From contig JBNRMN010000010.1 of assembly GCA_050309605.1 (NCBI GenBank), positions 8,936-72,935 of the forward strand: 64,000 nt of DNA, read 5' to 3'. Below the pieces are notes generated by a model. The model did no database searches, had not been told where the DNA came from, and worked only from the letters and a program-made list of their open reading frames with translations. This stretch comes from Anaerohalosphaeraceae bacterium (GTDB lineage Bacteria; Planctomycetota; Phycisphaerae; Sedimentisphaerales; Anaerohalosphaeraceae). The first letter of the stretch is position 1, and every line of letters starts with the position of its first letter. The position numbers and the translations under genes were made by a program. Of the stretch, positions 49,663 through 56,479 are shown piece after piece.

Positions 49663-51404
49663 GATACGATCCGGAAATTCTGTTAAGTCTTTACCTGAAC
49701 GACAACGAAGAAATGACAGACGAACAGTTTGAATGCCTTCGGTCATGGATTAACGCATCCGAGGCGCATGCTCTTCAATTTGTTCGCGCCTCTTATATGC
49801 ATCGATTGGTTCATGACCATATGACGGGAAATGATTTGCAGAAGCGCTTTATGATGCCTGTCGAGCAGCAGGATGCAGAGTATCGACGCAAAGACGGGTA
49901 TTGTGAAGCAGCATTTTGGGACGCCCTCTCACAGCACGAAAAAGTTGCCGAAACGCTGGTGCTGCCGAATGAGTCGTCTGAACAGCAGAAAGAATTGATT
50001 TCCGATGTTCGCCGGCGCAAAGCCATGCTGAAAACCGGACAAAAAAAAATCCCTTTCAGTCTATGGCTGTCGCTGGGTTCTTTGGCGGCCTTGTTTATGA
50101 TGGTGGCGTATGTCATGCTCAATCCCCGCGTTGCCGAGCCGATCGCAACACTGACAGACAGCCATCAGGCCCAATGGCAGTGGAAGTCGCTGGAAATCGG
50201 CGCGCGATTGACCAACGCACAGTATCCGATATCGCTGCTTTCCGGCTATGCAAAATTGCAGTTTGATAACGGGGCGGATGTCATTCTTGAAGGTCCCGTC
50301 GAATTTCAGCTTGTCAGCGCCGAACAAATGCGTGTTTCCCACGGTAAACTGACAGCCGTCGTTCCTCCCTCGGCGTCCGGCTTTCGTGTGGATGCTCCGG
50401 AGATGAGCATCATTGACTTGGGGACCGAATTTTCGGTCGGCATCGACCGGAACGGCTTTTCGGCGGTCCACTTGTACGAGGGCAGCGCTTCGCTCCAGGT
50501 CGGCGAGGTCGGCAATCGCAAAACCAGCCATTTACTAACCGCCGGACAAGCTCGACGAGTGGAGGCCGCCACTGGACGGATTGAGGTGATTCCGCTGGAG
50601 CAGAACACATTTGTCCGACGTCTTGATTCTGAAAAACAGTTTCTCTGGCGGGGTGAATCGGTTGATCTGGCCGCGATTGTGGCAGGAGGAGACGGGTTCA
50701 GCCCGGTCCGCGGAATCGCCGGCATTAATCCCAAAACCGGTCAGCCGGTTACGGGATACAGGTTTACAGTTCACTATTCGACGGCGACGTACCGCCCTGT
50801 TCCCGACAATCCCTTTGTGGACGGCGTGTTTATTCCGGACGGCGGGCTGGGGGAGACGATCATTTCCTCAGCCGGTCATATTTTTAAGGATTGCCCCGAT
50901 ACCGCCGGCAGAAGTGACAATCCCGTCGGAGCGACCAGTCACGATATTTTGACTTTTTGCGATTATGATGAGGATGTGATTCCCGAAGCGCGGCGAAATA
51001 AAATGGCCGTCTTCAATGGAGTTGCCAGGGGGACCGTCGAGGAGCCGGCGGTTTTGATGCACAGCAATGTAGGGATTACGTTTGATTTGCAAGCCATACG
51101 AAGCCGGCTGTCGGGAGCCGAAATCAGCCAGTTTGACTGCTTCATTGGGTTGCCGGGAAGTTTGAGAGGTGCAACGTCCCGGTCGGATGTGTGGGTATTG
51201 ATAGATGGACAGCTCAGATACAGTAAACACGAATTGATGCCCGAAGCCGGGTTGCTGGACATAACGATGGATCTGGCCGCTTCAGATCGGTTCCTGACGA
51301 TTGCCGTGACAGATGCCGCCCACACCTATGAGCCGGGCGAAGGAACATATGCCGATGATTATGTCTATCTGGTCAATCCGAAACTGGTCTTAAAGGGGCG
51401 TTAA
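49659..51404 (+). CDS. FecR-family anti-sigma factor with C-terminal NPCBM-like domain (module 3)
   Basis: ATGA overlap with the sigma gene; TM segment LWLSLGSLAALFMMVAYVML; ILEGP, IIDLGTEFSV; MHSNVGITFDL...VLIDG...DRFLTIAVTD. Confidence 0.88.
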   Translation: MRYDPEILLSLYLNDNEEMTDEQFECLRSWINASEAHALQFVRASYMHRLVHDHMTGNDLQKRFMMPVEQQDAEYRRKDGYCEAAFWDALSQHEKVAETLVLPNESSEQQKELISDVRRRKAMLKTGQKKIPFSLWLSLGSLAALFMMVAYVMLNPRVAEPIATLTDSHQAQWQWKSLEIGARLTNAQYPISLLSGYAKLQFDNGADVILEGPVEFQLVSAEQMRVSHGKLTAVVPPSASGFRVDAPEMSIIDLGTEFSVGIDRNGFSAVHLYEGSASLQVGEVGNRKTSHLLTAGQARRVEAATGRIEVIPLEQNTFVRRLDSEKQFLWRGESVDLAAIVAGGDGFSPVRGIAGINPKTGQPVTGYRFTVHYSTATYRPVPDNPFVDGVFIPDGGLGETIISSAGHIFKDCPDTAGRSDNPVGATSHDILTFCDYDEDVIPEARRNKMAVFNGVARGTVEEPAVLMHSNVGITFDLQAIRSRLSGAEISQFDCFIGLPGSLRGATSRSDVWVLIDGQLRYSKHELMPEAGLLDITMDLAASDRFLTIAVTDAAHTYEPGEGTYADDYVYLVNPKLVLKGR

Positions 51405-51469
51405 AAGTTTAACCAAAGTTCCCAATGACGGGATGAATAAATCGTTATTTTATTTACGGAGGTTTTGTT

Positions 51470-53497
51470 ATGAAAAAGTTGTTGGTGTTAAGTATGATGT
51501 GGGCAGCGTGCTTATCTGCTGTCTCTGCGGCGGTGATTGTTAATGTCGAGCGTACCAACGGGTATGGGCCGGACAATCGAGCTCCAATCGGCGCGTATGA
51601 ACCGGACACGCCGCCGCTGCCGTGGCCGGAAGGGGGTCTGCAGACCGGAGTCAGCAGAGCGTTAACCCCTTATGTGTATTCAGATCGGACGTTTTGGTGG
51701 AACAACGTACCCGACGAGATGGTCGGTTGGGAACACGTTCGTACCTTTAATAATGACAAAGAGCCGGAAGCAGCCGATGTGAAGTACACGGTGACGACAT
51801 CTAAAGCCGCTGCCATTTGGATTGCGTTTGAAAGTCGTCTTGCCACCAGTACAGATTACTGGCGTCCGCTCGAGGAGCCCATCACTCCGTGGGGGCAAAA
51901 CGCTCCTGAGTCGCCTCAGGTTTTAGTGGATTGGCTGACGCGCCATGTAGGCCCGCCCGGCACATTTACTGATACGGGTATGACCGTAAACGTTCAAGAG
52001 GGCGATCCCGGTACGACACGGACGTTTTTAGTCTATTCTGCGCAACTTCCTGCCGGTTCGTATGAGTTTACCTGGCAAGCCAATCGAAACATAAGTAATT
52101 ACATCATAGGGTCCGCTCCTCCGCCGAGCAAGGCCTGGGGTCCGAATCCGTATGACGGCGAGGAGCTGGTGGAAATTGAAAGGGTACTGTCCTGGGAAGC
52201 TCCGGAAGATCCGAACCTGACGATCTACGGCTATGATCTCTATCTGGATCCCAACGAAACCAAAGTCACAGCCGGCGACCCGACGGTTTTGAAGGCCGAA
52301 GGCTTGACGGAAACCAGCTACCCAGCCGATTTGCTGTATGACACGCAGTTCTTCTGGAGAGTGGATGTCGCGGGTTTGTATGACGATGACCCGAATCAGA
52401 TGACGGTGGTCAACCAGGGACCGGTCTGGCGTTTCTCGACGGCCCCCGAGGCGCCTGTGATCGTGACCCAGCCGGTCGGACAGTCGCGCGGCCCCGCTGC
52501 CGGCAGACCGGACGCCCTGCTCGCGGTTGAAGCCACCAATGCGACCGATTATCAGTGGTATAAGGACGGCGTCGAGATTCCGGGGGCCACCGAAGCGACC
52601 CTGTCGATTCCCGGCGTTACGCTCGAAGACGAAGGATTGTATTACTGCGTTGCGTCCAATGCCATCGATGCGGTGGTGTCGGATGAGGTGTGGCTGGAGT
52701 ATGCCCGTCTGACCAGTCATTGGACCTTTGATGACACGTATGGGGATGCCGTTGGCGGATATGACATCATACCGGCCGCTGAACCGAACGCTCCGACGTT
52801 TGCAGAGGGCAAAATCGGTAATGCCCTTGCACTTGACGGGATCAGCCAGTTTGCACGTATTCCGGCTGAAGCGCTGCCGAAGAATCAGCACGCTTTGACG
52901 ATTGCGTTCTGGGCCAGAAATGATATCGGTACGGCCTCTGCAACGACGGCCTTTTACGCCAATACGATTGAAGAACCGGGCAATCGCCTGATCAGTGCGC
53001 AGATTCCGTTTACCAATGGCAATGCTCAGTTTGATCTCGGCAATGCCGACAGCGGAGGAGGCTATGATCGTGCCAGTGCCTCTATGCGGCCCGCGGACGA
53101 TTGGGTATTCTGGGTAATTTCCAAAGATGTCGAAACCGGCGCTATGACGGTCTATCAGAACGGTTCTGAACTGGGTCGGAATGCCAATGCACAACGGCTG
53201 TTTTACGGCGTTGAAGAGTTCTTCGTCGGTGCCAGGAATTTTGATGACGGACTGGGACAGTTTTTCGGCGGAGCGATAGACGATCTGAAAATCTACAACT
53301 ATGCCCTGGATCCGGTCGAAATCGCCTATCAGTATCATGACGTAACCGGCGATCCGGTATGTGTCAATCCGGACGATCCGGTCCTTCAGCAGTTTGATTA
53401 CGACGGCAATTGTATCGTGGACATTGGCGATCTGGCGGTCTTTGCATCGAATTGGCTCTCCTGCCAGAGAGTGCCCGACTGTTTTGAGCGTCCGTGA
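51470..53497 (+). CDS. Secreted [novel ~190-aa domain] - FN3-like - Ig - LamG protein with Cys/EF-hand tail (module 3)
   Basis: GGAGG RBS and signal peptide; FFWRVD; YQWYKDG...LYYCVASN; FGGAIDDLKIYNYAL; FDYDGNCIVDIGDL...PDCFERP. Confidence 0.85.
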   Translation: MKKLLVLSMMWAACLSAVSAAVIVNVERTNGYGPDNRAPIGAYEPDTPPLPWPEGGLQTGVSRALTPYVYSDRTFWWNNVPDEMVGWEHVRTFNNDKEPEAADVKYTVTTSKAAAIWIAFESRLATSTDYWRPLEEPITPWGQNAPESPQVLVDWLTRHVGPPGTFTDTGMTVNVQEGDPGTTRTFLVYSAQLPAGSYEFTWQANRNISNYIIGSAPPPSKAWGPNPYDGEELVEIERVLSWEAPEDPNLTIYGYDLYLDPNETKVTAGDPTVLKAEGLTETSYPADLLYDTQFFWRVDVAGLYDDDPNQMTVVNQGPVWRFSTAPEAPVIVTQPVGQSRGPAAGRPDALLAVEATNATDYQWYKDGVEIPGATEATLSIPGVTLEDEGLYYCVASNAIDAVVSDEVWLEYARLTSHWTFDDTYGDAVGGYDIIPAAEPNAPTFAEGKIGNALALDGISQFARIPAEALPKNQHALTIAFWARNDIGTASATTAFYANTIEEPGNRLISAQIPFTNGNAQFDLGNADSGGGYDRASASMRPADDWVFWVISKDVETGAMTVYQNGSELGRNANAQRLFYGVEEFFVGARNFDDGLGQFFGGAIDDLKIYNYALDPVEIAYQYHDVTGDPVCVNPDDPVLQQFDYDGNCIVDIGDLAVFASNWLSCQRVPDCFERP

Positions 53498-53535
53498 TTA
53501 AATTGTATAGAGTGTTGAAATTGTCAATCGTACTG

Positions 53536-53564
53536 ATCCGGGGTCCGCTCGGCGGACTCCGGAT
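53536..53564 (+). terminator. 13-bp hairpin between the LamG scaffold and prepilin genes (module 3)
   Basis: ATCCGGGGTCCGC-tcg-GCGGACTCCGGAT with a G.U wobble on the + strand. Confidence 0.65.
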
Positions 53565-53633
53565 ATATGTCTATAATGTAAAAGCGGCGCCAATGACGGC
53601 CGTCGATCAAAATGACCATAATGGAGAATACGT

Positions 53634-54422
53634 ATGAAACAGACAGGATTGTGCAAGAAAGGATTTACGCTGATCGAATTACTGGTGGTCATTGCCATTA
53701 TCGCACTGCTGATGTCGATCGTAACCCCGGCAATGCGAAAGGCCAAAGAGTATGCCCGAAAGATCATGTGTCAGTCCAACTACAAACAGTTGGGCCTTGC
53801 ACTCGGCTCGTACGAGGCTCACACAGGTTATAATTTCCGAAATTACAATTCCGCCGCTGATGTAGATGACTTGTCGCGCCACTGGTTCTGGTATAACGGT
53901 ACCGGCGACTATGCTCACGAAGCGTCGCCCTACGCCATCCGGCATTTGCGAAATTCCGGCGTGCTGCCTTCCTCTGAGGTTCTGTTTTGTCCGGGCGTCA
54001 GGAACCTGTCGTTTGATCAAAACTATCCGGCCAGCAAAGTGGTTGCGGGGGATTATGCGCCTCAGAACACAGATAATATCTATGCAAGCGTGGAAAACGG
54101 CGCGTTGCCTTCAAACGACAGACCGTTGTTTTGGAGTACTCATACATGGATTTGGAAAAAAGAGATTCGGGGAGATGTCGTCTCGGTCAATAATATGTCT
54201 TCCGGTGCGATGATGTGCGATATGACCGAAGGCAGTTGGCAATTCGCTGCGGAGACCAATTCTACATTTCGAAATTTCTTTAATGCCGTCGGCGTTTCCC
54301 GGATGTTTCAGCACTGCAATGTTTTAATGAACGATATGAGTGTCAAGAATCCGACCGATAAGGATGAAGAATTGGTTCAATGGCTGTGGAATTCAGATCG
54401 CTGGGCCGGATCGGGATATTAA
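53634..54422 (+). CDS. Prepilin-type N-terminal cleavage/methylation protein (module 3), degenerate C-terminal motif
   Basis: [34 protein letters not shown] and LFCPG. The C-terminal region reads [11 protein letters not shown] instead of H-X9-DG. Confidence 0.9.
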   Translation: MKQTGLCKKGFTLIELLVVIAIIALLMSIVTPAMRKAKEYARKIMCQSNYKQLGLALGSYEAHTGYNFRNYNSAADVDDLSRHWFWYNGTGDYAHEASPYAIRHLRNSGVLPSSEVLFCPGVRNLSFDQNYPASKVVAGDYAPQNTDNIYASVENGALPSNDRPLFWSTHTWIWKKEIRGDVVSVNNMSSGAMMCDMTEGSWQFAAETNSTFRNFFNAVGVSRMFQHCNVLMNDMSVKNPTDKDEELVQWLWNSDRWAGSGY

Positions 54423-54567
54423 CGGTATTCTGTGTGGGATAAACCATCCGCGGTTTTGGGAATGTATGGAATGTCGGCGATAGGGATTTCGTACCGAGTT
54501 TGGAAGCCGGCATACTTGTCGCCGGTCATCTATCTGACAACGTTATTGTTTGGGATATTGTTGAATT

Positions 54568-56385
54568 ATGCTTTGTATGACTCGCAAGAATCCAATCGTG
54601 TGGGTAACGTATTGTATTATCCTGGTTATGTCTTTGGACACGGCGGCAAAATCAGCCCAGCCGCAGCCGTTGTCCGCCGCGCAGTCTGTTCGCGGGTGGA
54701 TGCTGCTGTCCAACCGAGTGGACGACGGCCTGCGCGTTATTGAACGGGCGAAAGATTACGACATCAACCACCTCCAATTGTCTCACCATATCATTCATGA
54801 TTTACGTCATGTGCGCGACGAAAGCCGGCTTGCACGGGTCCACCGACTGACGGAAGCGGCGCATCAGGCCGGTATTCAGGAAGTCGTGCTTTGGGATCGC
54901 ACGCTCTATTCGCTCAGCTACTACCCTGATGAGTTTCGATCCGGCCCGAACAATACGATTGACTTGGACAATCCGGCGTTCTGGGAATGGTTTAAGAACG
55001 ATTATCGGGACATGCTCGACAAAGTTCCGGATATTCAGGGACTGATTCTGACCTTTATTGAAACCGGTGCACGGGTCGAGCGCCAGCATTCCGACCAGCT
55101 CAAAACCGCTGCGGAAAAGCTCGCCGCGGCTGTCAACGCCGTGGCGGATGTGGTCATCGGCGAACGCGGCTTGAATCTGTATGCCCGCACGTTTGCTTAT
55201 GACCATCAGGAATACGAACGGATCACCGGCGCCATTGAGCTGTTCAAATATGATCAGATTCGGTTAATGATGAAAGAATCGCCGCATGATTTTCTGCTGC
55301 TCCATCCGCAGGACTTCTATGCGGGTAAATTCGATCGTCCCACCCTGATGGAGTATGACGCCGCCGGCGAATTCAATGGCCAGGGGATTATCCTCAACAC
55401 CTGGCCGCAGTATATTCTCGACCGCGCCAGAGATTACCTTCAGCGCGATCATATCGTCGGCTATGTCGCCCGAACCGATCGTTATGGAACGACCCGCATC
55501 ATCGACCGTCCGTCGGAAATCAATCTCTGGGCGCTGAAGTGTGTGCATGAAACATGTGATGTAACAGTCGATGAGGTTTATCAACAGTTCATCAGTCAGC
55601 GCTATACGCCCGAGGTCGTCCCTTATCTGCAGGCGGCGTTTTCGAATGCTTTTGAGATCGTCACGGGCGTGCTCTACACGCTGGGGACCAGCACGGCCAA
55701 TCACTCTCAACTTGACTATGACCCGTATAATTCACACTGGGCGCGGCATGTGTCGGGCAAATGGCTGACCCCGCCCATCGCCCGGATCGGTCACGGCGTC
55801 AACAAGGAATTCCACTACTGGCGCGATGTGATCAACACGCTGGCGCCCGTGTGGGCCAAAGCCGGCGGTACCCAGCTTGGAGAGATTCCCTGGGTCGTTG
55901 AAAAAGGCTGGCTGGATCAGGAAAACGATCTGATGAACGAACACTATCTGCGTGATATCCTGACGCAACGCGATTACGCCATTGATTTGATTCGTCAATC
56001 GCTTCAGCATCTCGAAGATGCCCGGCCATGGCTTTCGAAGACCGATTTTTCGGACCTTTATCATCACCTGAAGCATACGCTGCTGACCGCCCGGCTGCAT
56101 CGCGCCGTCAGCGCGGCCTATTGGGGATTTCGCGTCTATGCCCGCGGCCCGGAGCATCGCAGTTCTTACGTGATGGCCGAAACCCGCAGGGGACTGCTTG
56201 ATATTGAACGTGTGGCGGCAGAGATTGAAGCTTATCCGGTTAGACCGCCGTCGGGCCAATGGAACTGGAACCGGGATGCGGATGCCGCACGCCGCTACTA
56301 TCGCTGGATTGTCGAAGAAGGCTGGCCGGAACAAACACGCGGACGCAGAAATCCCTATGGCGGGATGAAATTTCCACTGGAATGA
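54568..56385 (+). CDS. Secreted hypothetical protein, possibly a TIM-barrel glycoside hydrolase of unassigned family
   Basis: 605-aa ORF with a signal-like N-terminus and alternating beta/alpha pattern (VVLWD, GLILTFIE, LYARTF, LMMKE, LMEYDAAGEFNGQG). Located in a CAZyme run. Confidence 0.6.
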   Translation: MLCMTRKNPIVWVTYCIILVMSLDTAAKSAQPQPLSAAQSVRGWMLLSNRVDDGLRVIERAKDYDINHLQLSHHIIHDLRHVRDESRLARVHRLTEAAHQAGIQEVVLWDRTLYSLSYYPDEFRSGPNNTIDLDNPAFWEWFKNDYRDMLDKVPDIQGLILTFIETGARVERQHSDQLKTAAEKLAAAVNAVADVVIGERGLNLYARTFAYDHQEYERITGAIELFKYDQIRLMMKESPHDFLLLHPQDFYAGKFDRPTLMEYDAAGEFNGQGIILNTWPQYILDRARDYLQRDHIVGYVARTDRYGTTRIIDRPSEINLWALKCVHETCDVTVDEVYQQFISQRYTPEVVPYLQAAFSNAFEIVTGVLYTLGTSTANHSQLDYDPYNSHWARHVSGKWLTPPIARIGHGVNKEFHYWRDVINTLAPVWAKAGGTQLGEIPWVVEKGWLDQENDLMNEHYLRDILTQRDYAIDLIRQSLQHLEDARPWLSKTDFSDLYHHLKHTLLTARLHRAVSAAYWGFRVYARGPEHRSSYVMAETRRGLLDIERVAAEIEAYPVRPPSGQWNWNRDADAARRYYRWIVEEGWPEQTRGRRNPYGGMKFPLE

Positions 56386-56479
56386 TTGTATGCATTATAT
56401 TATGTCGTCATTAACGGCGCAAATACGGCTTCGCCGTAAATAAACAGACTCGTTCATTCGCGATCAAAAAACTGTTCTT

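Noticed and set aside
53579..53606. TAAAAG-N16-CGTCGA upstream of the module-3 pilin; also CCAAAG-N15-TGAATA before 51470
   Set aside because: Only partial matches to the promoter consensus and could arise by chance.
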